Source: an uncultured Gemmatimonadales bacterium (GTDB lineage: Bacteria; Gemmatimonadota; Gemmatimonadetes; Gemmatimonadales; Gemmatimonadaceae). From it: a stretch of 64,000 nt of DNA. Shown in pieces: positions 51,549 to 61,613 of the stretch. The notes beneath the pieces were generated by a model that worked only from the letters and a program-made list of their open reading frames with translations, was not told where the DNA came from and did no database searches. How positions within the stretch are numbered: position 1 is the stretch's first letter; every line of letters begins with the position of its first letter. The stretch is from the NCBI GenBank assembly GCA_963850905.1, contig CAWKMU010000003.1:3200001-3264000 (forward strand), given 5' to 3'. Position numbers and translations under genes: made by a program.

Positions 51549-52045
51549 CGCACAACAGCAGAGGGGGCCGCGGCCCGATGACCCGATCACCAGAACGACC
51601 GCCACGTACAGCCTCACGCGTGCGTGAGGAGCCGGTGCGCCAATTCTTTTCGATCGGCGACGTGTGCACCCTGACCGACCTCAAACCGCACGTGCTGCGC
51701 TACTGGGAAACGCAGTTCAAGTTCCTGAGCCCCGCAAAGAATCGATCCGGCAATCGGGTGTATCAGCGGCGCGAGGTGGAGCTGATCCTGCTCGTCAAGC
51801 ACCTGCTGTATTCCGAGAAGTACACGATCGAAGGCGCACGACGAAAAGTCGACGAGCACCGCAGGACGGGGGGCGTGCGTACGATGTCGCGCACCGCGCT
51901 CGAGCGCGAGACGCTGGAAGCCATCGAACGCGAGCTCGCCGGGCTCATTGGCGACTTGTCGCTCGCTGCAGACCGGCCGCGCGCATCGCGGACGGCTGCG
52001 CGATCGAGTGAATGGGACGAGGGCAGCGCCGCTGAGAGCGGCTAG
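51545..52045 (+). CDS. MerR-family HTH transcriptional regulator
   Basis: FSIGDVC..HVLRYWETQF..P.KNRSGNRVY..LLYSEKYTIEGAR. Start may be ATG51578. Confidence 0.9.
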   Translation: MTHNSRGGRGPMTRSPERPPRTASRVREEPVRQFFSIGDVCTLTDLKPHVLRYWETQFKFLSPAKNRSGNRVYQRREVELILLVKHLLYSEKYTIEGARRKVDEHRRTGGVRTMSRTALERETLEAIERELAGLIGDLSLAADRPRASRTAARSSEWDEGSAAESG

Positions 52046-52732
52046 GTGAGCGCGCCGGCCTGCGTCATCCCCGCGCTCGACGCCAGTCAGACACTCGCTG
52101 GCGTCGTCCGCGGTATCCGCCAGGCCCTCGGAGACGTCTACGTGGTCGTGATCGATGACGGTTCGCACGACCAGACCGCCGCCGTCGCGCGCTCGTGCGC
52201 CGACCACGTCGTGCGATTTGCGGGCAATCGAGGGAAGGGCGCGGCGCTGCGCGCCGGCATGCGCGTCGCCACCGCACTCGGCTCGCCAACCGTCCTCACC
52301 GTGGACGCCGACGGCCAGCACGATCCACGCTGCGCACCGGCCTTGTTGGCGGCGCTCGATCGCGCGGATCTCGTCGTCGGCGTCCGGGCGCGGCGCGGAA
52401 GCCCGATGCCCTGGCACCGGCGCGTGAGCAACGCGGTATCCGCTGCGGCGGTCAGCATGTGCGCAGGATGTGACATTGCGGACAGCCAATCGGGCTACCG
52501 CGCGTTTCGCCCCGAGCGTCTCGCGGCGCTCGAGCCGCGCGGAGATCGCTACGAGTACGAGACGGATCTCTTGATTCAGGCAGCACGCGCGGGGTTGCGC
52601 ATCGCCTGGGTGCGCATCCCCACGATCTATGGGGCACCAAGCCATTTCCGACCGCTGCGGGACAGCATGCGCATCGCACAGACGATGGTGCGGCGGGGAT
52701 TGGCGCCAGTGTCAACGCCCGTCGAGCAATGA
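52046..52732 (+). CDS. Glycosyltransferase family 2 (DPM1-like)
   Basis: VIPA, VIDDGS, NRGKGAAL, DADGQH, DSQSGYR. Confidence 0.9.
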   Translation: MSAPACVIPALDASQTLAGVVRGIRQALGDVYVVVIDDGSHDQTAAVARSCADHVVRFAGNRGKGAALRAGMRVATALGSPTVLTVDADGQHDPRCAPALLAALDRADLVVGVRARRGSPMPWHRRVSNAVSAAAVSMCAGCDIADSQSGYRAFRPERLAALEPRGDRYEYETDLLIQAARAGLRIAWVRIPTIYGAPSHFRPLRDSMRIAQTMVRRGLAPVSTPVEQ

Positions 52733-53547
52733 GTCCTGCGCCTCGCAGGCGTGCGCGCGCGACGACCCCTGGATCGCGTCCTCCGCTGTGCCTGTTGTGC
52801 ACGAATGATGACGGCGTGATGGCCCACGGCCTCGATGTCCTGGTTCGTGCCGCGGAGCCGCTCGGCGAGGTCACCGTGGTGGCACCCGACCGCGAGCAAA
52901 GCGCTTCGAGTCACGCGCTGACGATGCAGCACCCCCTGCGCGCGCGACGCCGGCCGGATGGCCGGATTCAGGTCGACGGCACACCGACCGACTGCGTGAT
53001 GCTGGCCGTGGAAGCGCTCATGCCCAAGCGCCCCGATTTCGTCCTGAGCGGCGTGAACCACGGGCAGAATATGGGCGAGGACGTGTTGTACTCGGGGACC
53101 GTGGCCGCAGCCATGGAAGGCCTGGCTCTCGGGATACCGTCGATCGCACTCTCGCTCGCGGGAGGCGAATCAGCCAGCGATCCCTCGCTCCTGGTGAGTC
53201 AGGTGGACGCGATCACGGGCCTGCTGCGACACTTCGTGACCCTTGCGGACCTGCCAGCCGATACCTTGTTCAACGTCAACTTGCCGCCGCGAAGCGGCGC
53301 CGAGATCAAGGGAGTGCGGCTCACACGACTCGGACGTCGCGTGTTTTCGGATTCGTTGCAGCGCATGCAGGACCCGTGGGGCAAAGAGATTTTCTGGATC
53401 GGCGGCGGCACGATCGCATGGTCGGGCGCCGCGGATTCGGACTTTCGCGCCGTGCACGAGGGATACATCTCAGTCACACCCTTGCACCTCGACTTGACCC
53501 ATTTCGATATGCTGCGTTCAGCGGAGCGATGGTGGCGGGAACCCTAG
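52729..53547 (+). CDS. surE: 5'/3'-nucleotidase SurE
   Basis: TNDDG, VAPDREQSASS, DGTPTDCV, SGVNHG.N..YSGTV, ISVTPL. Confidence 0.96.
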   Translation: MSPAPRRRARATTPGSRPPLCLLCTNDDGVMAHGLDVLVRAAEPLGEVTVVAPDREQSASSHALTMQHPLRARRRPDGRIQVDGTPTDCVMLAVEALMPKRPDFVLSGVNHGQNMGEDVLYSGTVAAAMEGLALGIPSIALSLAGGESASDPSLLVSQVDAITGLLRHFVTLADLPADTLFNVNLPPRSGAEIKGVRLTRLGRRVFSDSLQRMQDPWGKEIFWIGGGTIAWSGAADSDFRAVHEGYISVTPLHLDLTHFDMLRSAERWWREP

Positions 53548-54257
53548 GCGGCGGCGAGGACGGCCGGAGAGCGGGGACCGCTCGCGCCGCGGGCGGAGGT
53601 CCCGAGCCCGTGGTAGAGCCCAACCTGCACGGGCCGCGGAGCCGACTCATGGAAACGCTCCGGGAGCGGGGCATCACAGATCTCGCGGTGCTGCGGGCGA
53701 TCGACCTCACACCGAGACACGTTTTTGTCCCCCATGCCATCCAGCATCGCGCCTACGATGACGCGGCGCTGCCGATCGGGAACGGCCAGACGATCTCTCA
53801 GCCGTCGGTGCACGCGCGTTACCTGGCGGAGCTCAAGCTCAGTGGACATGAACGCGTGCTCGAGATCGGCACGGGGTCTGGATATCAGACCGTGCTGCTG
53901 TCGCATCTCGCGGCACAGGTGTTCTCGATTGAACGCATGCGAGAGCTCCTCGATCGTGCCCGCGATGTGATTCGGCGTGTCGGGGCCCGCAACATTTCTC
54001 TCCTGCTCGGCGACGGCACACTGGGCTGGCGAGAGTACGCACCATACGACGCGATTCTCGTGAGCGCCGGGGCATCGGAAGTGCCGCGACCGTTGTTCGA
54101 GCAGCTCGCTGAAGGCGGCCGCATCCTCATCCCGCTGGGCAGCCGCGAAGAGCAGATGCTGACGGTGGGGACGCGGCGAGGGGAAGCCTTGGTGCGTCGT
54201 GACATCGCGCCCGTGCGATTCGTCCCGCTCCTAGGCACCTACGGGTGGACTGACTAA
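53529..54257 (+). CDS. pcm: Protein-L-isoaspartate O-methyltransferase
   Basis: AYDDAALPIGNGQTISQP, LEIGTGSGYQ, GDGTLGW, APYDAI, VRFVPL. Confidence 0.95.
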   Translation: MVAGTLGGGEDGRRAGTARAAGGGPEPVVEPNLHGPRSRLMETLRERGITDLAVLRAIDLTPRHVFVPHAIQHRAYDDAALPIGNGQTISQPSVHARYLAELKLSGHERVLEIGTGSGYQTVLLSHLAAQVFSIERMRELLDRARDVIRRVGARNISLLLGDGTLGWREYAPYDAILVSAGASEVPRPLFEQLAEGGRILIPLGSREEQMLTVGTRRGEALVRRDIAPVRFVPLLGTYGWTD

Positions 54258-54333
54258 ACGGCGGCTCCGTGGTCCCGCCGGTGGGACTTGTCTCTTTTCT
54301 CCTTGCTCGGGCGCCCAGCGTCCGCGGATCACC

Positions 54334-55686
54334 ATGCCTGAGTCAGAGACCGAACCGCACGCGGCAGAGCGCGAGCATAGGCCCGCGCTACCTCCATTTG
54401 GCGGCGCCGCAGCGGCCTCTGGACCGGTCCTGAGGCCCACGACGGACCTCCGGGGCCGGAGGACCTTGCCGCCGTTTTTTGGCCCCCCGATTCGCCCGGG
54501 CGGACCCCTCCCTGGGGCCCGCGTACAACGGCCCCCCGCCGTAAGCCGGCCGCGTCCGACCGTCCAACAACGGCCGCTACCTCGCCCGCTGTCGGTCGTC
54601 GAGCCAACCCCGTCACACCCGACACCGCAGGCCCACCCGGCGCCCTCGTGGGATACGCCACCCACGCCGCTTGCCGCCGCGTTCGCCCCCGATGTCTCGA
54701 CGAAGCGCGCTGACCCCGTGACGTCGACGGGCGAGGCCGAATGGGCGGCTCCTGTCGCCGAACCTGAGCAGCAGCACGCAGCGGATCGCCCCAACGAGGG
54801 GCCATCGATCGAAGGCGCCGAGACGGCGCGCGTGAAGCCGCCTGCCTGGTACCCTGCACTGGAAGGTGCGAGCGATCCCGATGTCGAGGCCGACCCGGAG
54901 TACGCGACAAGGACGCACGAGAGCTTGCCGATGGCGCCGGGCGAAGCGAGTCCTGACCGCGAAGCGGTTGACACGCCGCCGGCGCCACGCCGCCGCGTGA
55001 CGCCCGTCCTTGGAATGCCGGCACACGTCACTCCGGTCGCATCCGATCGCGTTCTACCGCCCAGTCTCTTCGCCGACCAGGCGCTCACCGATCTCGAAGC
55101 CACGCCAACCGATGTGTCAGACTCGGAGCATGGGATCGCGGAGAACATGAGGTCGGACGACATAAACGACATGTTCGCAGAGCGTTACGACGCTCCGCAT
55201 CCGGTGACGCACCCTGCGCCAGTGACACGGCGGCCGTACCGGACCACGCCTCCGCTGGGCACGGCCCGGCCAGGTCGCGCGACACCCATCGGTGGCCGTG
55301 TGCAGGAGCCGCCGCGATTGGGCCGTCGAGTCACACCGGTGTTGGGAGCACAGGCAATCACGCCGATCAGTGTGCCCCAGATTCGCCGAACACCAATGGC
55401 GTCCACCATCGCGATTGGTGAACCGCCTGCGGCGAGCGTACCAAGCGCACTCCCTCCGCAGCACATGGCCGTGGGCACCTTGGCGACGTCGCCGACCCCC
55501 GCGGTAGTACCGGCACTGGACCTCGCCGCTTCGCGCGCCATTGCGTACGCGCTCGAGACTGTCGCCAACCGGATTCGCACGGGACAGATCGTGGTTGCCG
55601 GCCAGGTCCCCGCCGGCGACGATGTGGCATCGCTCGCCGCCGCGGTCGCAGCGGCGCTCGCCGCACTCCTGGGAGTGCAGCGGTAG
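54334..55686 (+). CDS. Hypothetical Pro-rich, largely disordered protein with repeated RxTP motifs and a C-terminal helical segment
   Basis: The longest co-oriented ORF filling the pcm-acyP gap. C-terminus AIAYALETVANRIRTG..LAAAVAAALAALLG. Confidence 0.65.
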   Translation: MPESETEPHAAEREHRPALPPFGGAAAASGPVLRPTTDLRGRRTLPPFFGPPIRPGGPLPGARVQRPPAVSRPRPTVQQRPLPRPLSVVEPTPSHPTPQAHPAPSWDTPPTPLAAAFAPDVSTKRADPVTSTGEAEWAAPVAEPEQQHAADRPNEGPSIEGAETARVKPPAWYPALEGASDPDVEADPEYATRTHESLPMAPGEASPDREAVDTPPAPRRRVTPVLGMPAHVTPVASDRVLPPSLFADQALTDLEATPTDVSDSEHGIAENMRSDDINDMFAERYDAPHPVTHPAPVTRRPYRTTPPLGTARPGRATPIGGRVQEPPRLGRRVTPVLGAQAITPISVPQIRRTPMASTIAIGEPPAASVPSALPPQHMAVGTLATSPTPAVVPALDLAASRAIAYALETVANRIRTGQIVVAGQVPAGDDVASLAAAVAAALAALLGVQR

Positions 55687-55759
55687 GGGCGACGCAGGCG
55701 TCGCCCGCCACGGTGGCGCCGACCAGCACCCGACCTGTGCACTGGCGGGTAGGGGCGAC
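55683..55759 (+). repeat. GTAG-family REP plus a second half-REP
   Basis: GTAGGGGCGACGCAGGCGTCGCCC (55683-55706, its TAG being the upstream gene's stop) and GTAGGGGCGAC at 55749. Confidence 0.8.
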
Positions 55760-55774
55760 TGTTAGGTTATAGGC

Positions 55775-56053
55775 GTGACGCCGCTCTACCTCCGCGTCCG
55801 GGGACGCGTTCAAGGCGTGGGTTTCCGGTGGTACGTGCGGCAAGCCGCGGATCGCTTACGGCTCGCCGGGTGGGTGCGCAACTGCTCCGACGGCAGTGTC
55901 GAAGTAGCCGTCGAGGGCCCCGCTGAGGCGCAGCAGCAACTCGTCACGGCCGTTCGACGCGGACCGCCCGGCGCCAATGTCGCGGCCGTCGAGCCTTTCG
56001 CGGCCGGCCCCATCGACCCGCCCGTATTGAGTCCCTTTCGCGTGGTGCGCTAG
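55775..56053 (+). CDS. acyP: Acylphosphatase
   Basis: VRGRVQGVGFR, GWVRN..DGSVE, GPPGA. Confidence 0.95.
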   Translation: MTPLYLRVRGRVQGVGFRWYVRQAADRLRLAGWVRNCSDGSVEVAVEGPAEAQQQLVTAVRRGPPGANVAAVEPFAAGPIDPPVLSPFRVVR

Positions 56054-56056
56054 CGG

Positions 56057-56656
56057 ATGAACCGATCGCAACCGTTGTCATCAGTCGACGCGCCGAGCAC
56101 GCCTCAGGCGCACCCAATCAAGGGGCCCGACCTCGGACTACGAGAATCGCTCGCGGCAGGCGTCCGCGACGTGCCCGACTTTCCGACTCCGGGCGTCATG
56201 TTCAAGGACGTCACCCCTCTCCTCGCGAACGCTGCTCTATTCCGTCGCGCGACCGAGGGACTCGCCTTGCCGTTTCAGGGTGAAGGCATCACACACGTGG
56301 TCGCGGTAGAAGCCCGTGGCTTCATCTTCGGCGCCCCGGTCGCTCAACACCTGGACGCCGGGTTCGTGCCGGTACGCAAGGCGGGGAAGCTGCCGTGGCG
56401 CACCGAGCGCGTCGAATATGCGCTCGAGTATGGCTCTGGGGTGCTCGAGATTCACCGCGATGCGTGCGATCGGCCCATGCGCGTCCTCGTCGTCGATGAT
56501 GTACTTGCGACCGGCGGTACGGCCGCAGCGACCTGCGCGTTGATCGAGCGGCTGGGTGCTGTCGTCGTTGGCTGCAGCTTTCTGATCGAGCTCGGCTTCC
56601 TCGGCGGTCGGAAGAAATTGACCGGTCGCCGACTCGAGGCACTCCTGGCGTACTGA
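56057..56656 (+). CDS. apt: Adenine phosphoribosyltransferase
   Basis: PDFPTPGVMFKD, EARGF, RKAGKLP, YALEYG, VDDVLATGGT. Confidence 0.96.
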   Translation: MNRSQPLSSVDAPSTPQAHPIKGPDLGLRESLAAGVRDVPDFPTPGVMFKDVTPLLANAALFRRATEGLALPFQGEGITHVVAVEARGFIFGAPVAQHLDAGFVPVRKAGKLPWRTERVEYALEYGSGVLEIHRDACDRPMRVLVVDDVLATGGTAAATCALIERLGAVVVGCSFLIELGFLGGRKKLTGRRLEALLAY

Positions 56657-56660
56657 TCAT

Positions 56661-57185
56661 ATGACAGAGTCTCCTCACCCGCAGGTCGGGGCGTTCCTGG
56701 ATCAACTCGCCCGCGTCCATGAGCGAACCCGACGCGTCGCCGTCCTCATTCCGCCTGCGGAGATGGAGTGGACTCCGCAGCCCGGACGATTCACCTTGGG
56801 CGGGCTGGTCCGACACCTGGCCGGCGTCGAACGCTGGATGTACGCGGAGACCGTTCACGGTCGCGCGTCGCGCTACCGTGGGTGCGGGGCGGAGCTCGCG
56901 AGTGCAGACGGCGGGACGCTGCAGTACTATGACCGGCTGCATGCCGAGTCGGTGGAGTCCTTTCGCCTGCTCACCGATCGGGAGATGCAGGGGAAGTGCA
57001 CCACGCCGGCGGGCACGCCGATCACCGTGTGGAAGTGGCTCCGAGCCCATCTCGAGCACGAGGCCCACCATCGTGGCCAGCTCTATCTCATGCTTGGCCT
57101 GCGCGGGATCCCGACGCCGCCGCTCTACGGCCTGACCGAAGAGGAGCTTCGCACGAAAAGCGGTCCGCAGCGGGCCGCCGACTGA
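56661..57185 (+). CDS. DinB/YfiT-family protein
   Basis: LVRHLA..E and HEAHHRGQL metal-binding His motifs. Confidence 0.88.
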   Translation: MTESPHPQVGAFLDQLARVHERTRRVAVLIPPAEMEWTPQPGRFTLGGLVRHLAGVERWMYAETVHGRASRYRGCGAELASADGGTLQYYDRLHAESVESFRLLTDREMQGKCTTPAGTPITVWKWLRAHLEHEAHHRGQLYLMLGLRGIPTPPLYGLTEEELRTKSGPQRAAD

Positions 57186-57216
57186 GCAGCTGCCGAGACA
57201 AGACGGTGCTCCGCAC

Positions 57217-58275
57217 ATGAGCGGGCTCCGGTCGTGGCTCGGAAGCGTGGTGGCCGTCACACGGGGAAGACCACCGTGGCGACGTATGCTGCTGATCGGG
57301 GTCAGCGTTGCGGTCGCACAACTGATCTCCGCCCTCGCATGGGGACCAGTTGATGCAGCGTTCGCGAGCTTCGCCGTCTACTACGCGTATTCGCTGGATT
57401 TCGGCGGTCCGCTTCGGCATCGGACGCCCACCGTGCTCTTTGGGCTCGCCACGATCGTCATCTGCGGCTTCGTCGGCCACGCGCTCGCTGGTCGTCATGT
57501 CGGGCGGATCATCGCGGTGTTCGCGCTCGCGACCTTTGGCGGCGTGATCTATCCGGTTGGTCCGAGGCTGCTCCAGATCGTTCGCTTTGGCATCGTTGCG
57601 CTGCTCGTGGCAACCGTCTTCCCGCAACTGAGCCTGAGCCGACTTCCGCCATTGATGCTGGGCGGGTTCGTGACCCTCGCGGTGGCCGGGATCCAGGAGG
57701 CCATCTGGGGACCCGAGCGCCGCCTCCAACCAGGAGGACTTGCACGGGAAACGCGCCGGCTCTCGGGCGTCATGACACCCGACGTCCGATTCGCTCTGTG
57801 CTACGGGGGAGTGGCTGCCTTGGGTCTTGTCGTCGGGCAAACCCTGCACCTGCAGCGCCCATACTGGGTCAGCGTCACCTCCGTTTTCGCCATGCAACCC
57901 GAATCCGCTCAAACAGTCGTGCGGATGTCGCAGCGGGTCGCGGGGACACTGCTGGCCATCCCCATTACCATTGCCGCACTGAGCGTTGGCCAGCAACCCT
58001 GGCTGCTCATGATCGTGATCGCGCTGTCGGCCTTCACCGTGCCGCTCGCAACCGCTCGTAACTACCTCTTCGCCAGCGCCGCCGTCGTGGTGTTTGTGAT
58101 CGCGGCGCTCAATCTCGTGTACCTCCAACAGGGAAGCGCGCTGGGTCTGCTGCGGTTGCGGTTCTACGAGACCGTCATCGGTGCGGTCCTGGCGATCGCG
58201 GGCATGACCATCGCGTACGGTATTCCGGCCCAGCCGCATCGCCTGCGCCCGTCTGTCCCGGCGCAGGGCGGCTGA
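57217..58275 (+). CDS. FUSC-family membrane protein
   Basis: Multiple TMs; RPYWV..VFAMQP..QRVAGTLL; RFYETVIG. Confidence 0.8.
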   Translation: MSGLRSWLGSVVAVTRGRPPWRRMLLIGVSVAVAQLISALAWGPVDAAFASFAVYYAYSLDFGGPLRHRTPTVLFGLATIVICGFVGHALAGRHVGRIIAVFALATFGGVIYPVGPRLLQIVRFGIVALLVATVFPQLSLSRLPPLMLGGFVTLAVAGIQEAIWGPERRLQPGGLARETRRLSGVMTPDVRFALCYGGVAALGLVVGQTLHLQRPYWVSVTSVFAMQPESAQTVVRMSQRVAGTLLAIPITIAALSVGQQPWLLMIVIALSAFTVPLATARNYLFASAAVVVFVIAALNLVYLQQGSALGLLRLRFYETVIGAVLAIAGMTIAYGIPAQPHRLRPSVPAQGG

Positions 58276-58299
58276 CGCAGACGCGGGCATCGGATCGCA

Positions 58300-59697
58300 A
58301 TGGATCGACGCGGCTTCGTCCACGTTGTGTCCTCGGCCGTCGCGGTCGCGGCGGCACGCGGCCTCGGCGCGGAAGTGCACCGCGTGCGGGCCCGGGAGCG
58401 AGACGCCGACTCCTTACGCCGTGCGAGCGACGTGTCGTTGCAGATCGGGCCCGTCAACCTCGAGATCGCCCCTGGCCGGGTGATCAAGACCGTTGGGTAC
58501 AACGGCATGGTCCCCGGGCCGGTGATCCGCCTGGCCGAGGGCCAGTCCACAACGATCGAGGTGCGCAACGACACCTCGTCGCCCGAGTTCGTGCATTGGC
58601 ACGGCCTCTTCGTGCCTGACAGTGTCGACGGCGCGGGAGAAGAGGGCACGCCGCACATCGGGCCGCACGAGACCCGACAGTACACGATCATCCCGCAGCC
58701 GGCTGGCACTCGCTGGTATCACACGCACGTCAGTGCAAGCCGCGACCTCAGTCGTGCAATGTATACGGGACAGTTCGGATTTCTTTACGTCGAACCCACC
58801 CGGCAACCCGCGCCCTACGACGCGGAGGTCTTCCTCGCATTACATGGGTGGGACGGTTACCTGGGCACGGCCGGGGGCGGCGAAGGGACGCTGGATGTCA
58901 TCTACAAGGCATTCACTATCAACTCGCACATGCTGGGATCCGGTGAGCCGGTGCGCGTCCGTCAGGGACAGCGCGTGATGTTCCGCATCCTCAATGCGAA
59001 CGCCACGCTCACGCACCGAATCGCCCTGGCCGGTCACCGACTGACCGTTGTCGCACTGGATGGCAACCCGGTGCCGAGCGCGCGCGATGTCGGCGTCATC
59101 GAGCTGGGGCCAGCCGAGCGCGTGGACGCGATCGCGAGCATGGACCAACCGGGAGTCTGGGTACTTGGCGAACTGGAGGATGAGATCCGCCGAGACGGGC
59201 TAGGTGTGGTAGTCGAGTATGCCGGTCAAACAGGTGCGGCGCGCTGGGTGCCACCCGCAGTCGAGCGGTGGGACTACACCATCTTCGGAGCGTCCGCGAC
59301 GCCGTCGACGAGCGGTGCCTTGCCCGAACGCGAGGTGGTCCCGCTGGTGTTCAAGAAGAAGTTTGCGGGAAGCCGATGGGTCGACAACTGGACGGTGAAC
59401 GAAAAGTCGTTCCCGCACACGGATCCGATCAGGATCGCCTCTGGGGAACGCTATCGATTTCGACTCGACAACCGGAGCGACGAGGCCCATCCCATTCATC
59501 TGCACCGGCACACATTCGAGCTCGTCACCGTGGCCGGCGTCCACACATCGGGAGTGCGCAAAGACGTCGTCGTTGTCCCGCCTCACCAGCAGGTCGACGT
59601 CGATCTCACGGCCAATGCGCTGGGTGCGTCCCTACTACACTGTCACAACCAACTACACATGGACTATGGCTTCATGACCGTCGTCGAGTGTGCGTAG
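58300..59697 (+). CDS. Tat-exported multicopper oxidase
   Basis: DRRGF Tat motif; copper motifs VHWHG, WYHTH, HPIHLHRH, HCHNQLHMDYGFM. Confidence 0.93.
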   Translation: MDRRGFVHVVSSAVAVAAARGLGAEVHRVRARERDADSLRRASDVSLQIGPVNLEIAPGRVIKTVGYNGMVPGPVIRLAEGQSTTIEVRNDTSSPEFVHWHGLFVPDSVDGAGEEGTPHIGPHETRQYTIIPQPAGTRWYHTHVSASRDLSRAMYTGQFGFLYVEPTRQPAPYDAEVFLALHGWDGYLGTAGGGEGTLDVIYKAFTINSHMLGSGEPVRVRQGQRVMFRILNANATLTHRIALAGHRLTVVALDGNPVPSARDVGVIELGPAERVDAIASMDQPGVWVLGELEDEIRRDGLGVVVEYAGQTGAARWVPPAVERWDYTIFGASATPSTSGALPEREVVPLVFKKKFAGSRWVDNWTVNEKSFPHTDPIRIASGERYRFRLDNRSDEAHPIHLHRHTFELVTVAGVHTSGVRKDVVVVPPHQQVDVDLTANALGASLLHCHNQLHMDYGFMTVVECA

Positions 59698-61454
59698 TCC
59701 CTCGAGTCCGCGCGCGCCAGCTCGATCACGAACCGCACGCCATGGCCGCTCGCGGGATGTTCGACCCAGATCTTGCCGCCCTGACTCGTCATCAGGTGGC
59801 GCACGACGGCCAACCCGAGCCCACTCCCGGCGACCGCTTTTTCAGCCTCGCGGTCGAGACGGACGAAGGGCTCGAAGATCGCTGATTCTTGCCCCCGCGG
59901 GATCCCCGGGCCTTGGTCCTCGACCCACACTTGCACGCGATCGGGCGTCGACGGCGGGACCGTCACTCCGATGAACACGCTTTGTCCGGGCGGGCCGTAC
60001 TTGAACGCGTTGTCGAGCAGGTTGTACAGGACCTGCCGAAACGCACTGCGGTCGAGCATCGCCATGATGTCCGTTGGCACCGTCGCGTTGACGGACGCAC
60101 GAGCGCCAGCGGCGAGTGGGGCAACGCACGCGACGATATCCGACACGACATCAGCGATGTTCGCCGGCGCCGGCGTGACTTGCACGTTGTGGTGCTCGAT
60201 CCGCGAAAAGAACAGCACGTTGTCGACGAGTCCACTGAGCCGCTGGGCTTCTCGGACGATGGCGTCGGCGGCGTCGTCCCGCTCCGCTTGCGATCGCGTC
60301 CGACCCAGGCTGAGCGTCTCGCCGGCCAACAGGATTTGCGCGAGTGGCATGCGGAGCTCGTGCGAGATGCTCGTCACGAAGTCCGAGCGCAGCGCGGCCA
60401 TGTCGGCATCCCGTTGAGCCGTCAAGGCAGCCGCCGCACCACAGAGCAGGACGGCGCCGAGCAGGACGATGAGCGACGGCGCGCGTGAAAAGATCAGTGT
60501 CTTGCCAACCCAACTCTCCCAGGTGCGAGGCAGCGGGCCAAAGTCGATCCATAGGCCGGCGAGGGCCGGGTCCGGGATGGCCTCGCCAATGCATCCGGTG
60601 ACGATATCAGGCATGGGACCGGTCGCGTACAACGGGCGCCAGTTCGCGTCATCGACTGCCATGTTGCCGACATCGCGGTTGCGCAGGTTCAGGTTACTGC
60701 AGCAGGCCCACCCCTGCCGCCTCGAGGTATCCGCCAGGGAGCCGGAGAACAGCGCGACGCTGTCGAACACGGGAGCGATGACGGCGCGCACGAACGGAAC
60801 GGTGGGTTCGACCAAGCCGTACACGGCGCGCAGGTGGCCGTCCGTGTCGAACTTGCCCATGACAATGGCGACAGCACGGATCGAGTCGCGGCGCACGGCC
60901 GAGTCTCGGAGGCCGGCCGCGAACACGTCCGTCCCGCGCAGATGCGGCAGTGCGGAGGTCAGGGTCCGACGCAGGCCGATCGTGTCCGCCGAGGCGGTGT
61001 CCGGTAGGGCCGCGCCATTACGCGCGAGACCCGCGTCGGCCGCGGGCACAATCGTGAGATGGGAGAGCGCATTCCCATCGAGGTCGAACCGGAAGAACCG
61101 GGTGGTTGGAAGCTCGGGTGCGCAGTGACAGTCCTTCACCTTGTCCGACGCCTGCGCGAGCGCGGCGGGCGAGGGAAGAGGTTCCGCCACCGCCACTGGC
61201 GCCCGCCCACCCACACCGGCGAATATCGGATCGCTCGCCAATGCGAGGAAGACTTGCGAGCGCGCCTGGAGAATGCGAGCGGCGGCTGCGGCAAACATGC
61301 AGGTGGCCTGCTCGACATTGTTTCGATCAGCCGACGCCGTGCGCCACGCGGTCACACCGAACAACACGGTCAGTGCGGCGGTGAGTCCGATCAGCAGCTG
61401 TGCGCGCGACAGGCGTCGGCGAGGTCGACCGTTTCGAGCGGAGGGAAATCGCAT
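59664..61454 (-). CDS. Membrane sensor histidine kinase with a Cys-containing periplasmic domain
   Basis: TM1, ~290-aa extracytoplasmic region, TM2, H-box ISHELRMPL, NLLDNAFKY, DQGPGI, FEPF, GSGLGL. GGAG precedes ATG61454. Confidence 0.92.
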   Translation of the reverse strand: MRFPSARNGRPRRRLSRAQLLIGLTAALTVLFGVTAWRTASADRNNVEQATCMFAAAAARILQARSQVFLALASDPIFAGVGGRAPVAVAEPLPSPAALAQASDKVKDCHCAPELPTTRFFRFDLDGNALSHLTIVPAADAGLARNGAALPDTASADTIGLRRTLTSALPHLRGTDVFAAGLRDSAVRRDSIRAVAIVMGKFDTDGHLRAVYGLVEPTVPFVRAVIAPVFDSVALFSGSLADTSRRQGWACCSNLNLRNRDVGNMAVDDANWRPLYATGPMPDIVTGCIGEAIPDPALAGLWIDFGPLPRTWESWVGKTLIFSRAPSLIVLLGAVLLCGAAAALTAQRDADMAALRSDFVTSISHELRMPLAQILLAGETLSLGRTRSQAERDDAADAIVREAQRLSGLVDNVLFFSRIEHHNVQVTPAPANIADVVSDIVACVAPLAAGARASVNATVPTDIMAMLDRSAFRQVLYNLLDNAFKYGPPGQSVFIGVTVPPSTPDRVQVWVEDQGPGIPRGQESAIFEPFVRLDREAEKAVAGSGLGLAVVRHLMTSQGGKIWVEHPASGHGVRFVIELARADSRDYAHSTTVMKP

Positions 61455-61533
61455 CGCTATCTCCAAATCCCGGGCGTCCACTAATGTGGTCACAACGCGC
61501 CTCGGTCAGCCTGGGCGCGACGCCACCATATGT

Positions 61534-61550
61534 GTCAGCGTTGGGTAAAT
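61534..61550 (+). promoter_or_regulatory. Candidate OmpR/PhoB-type binding box in the divergent HK/RR intergenic region
   Basis: GTCAGCGTTGGGTAAAT with half-sites 11 bp apart; 13/17 identical to 62445-62461. Confidence 0.4.
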
Positions 61551-61613
61551 TACGGAAGCGAGCGCGGCGCCGCTGCAATGTGCCAAGGTATGTTCGAGTG
61601 AGGTCACATCTGT

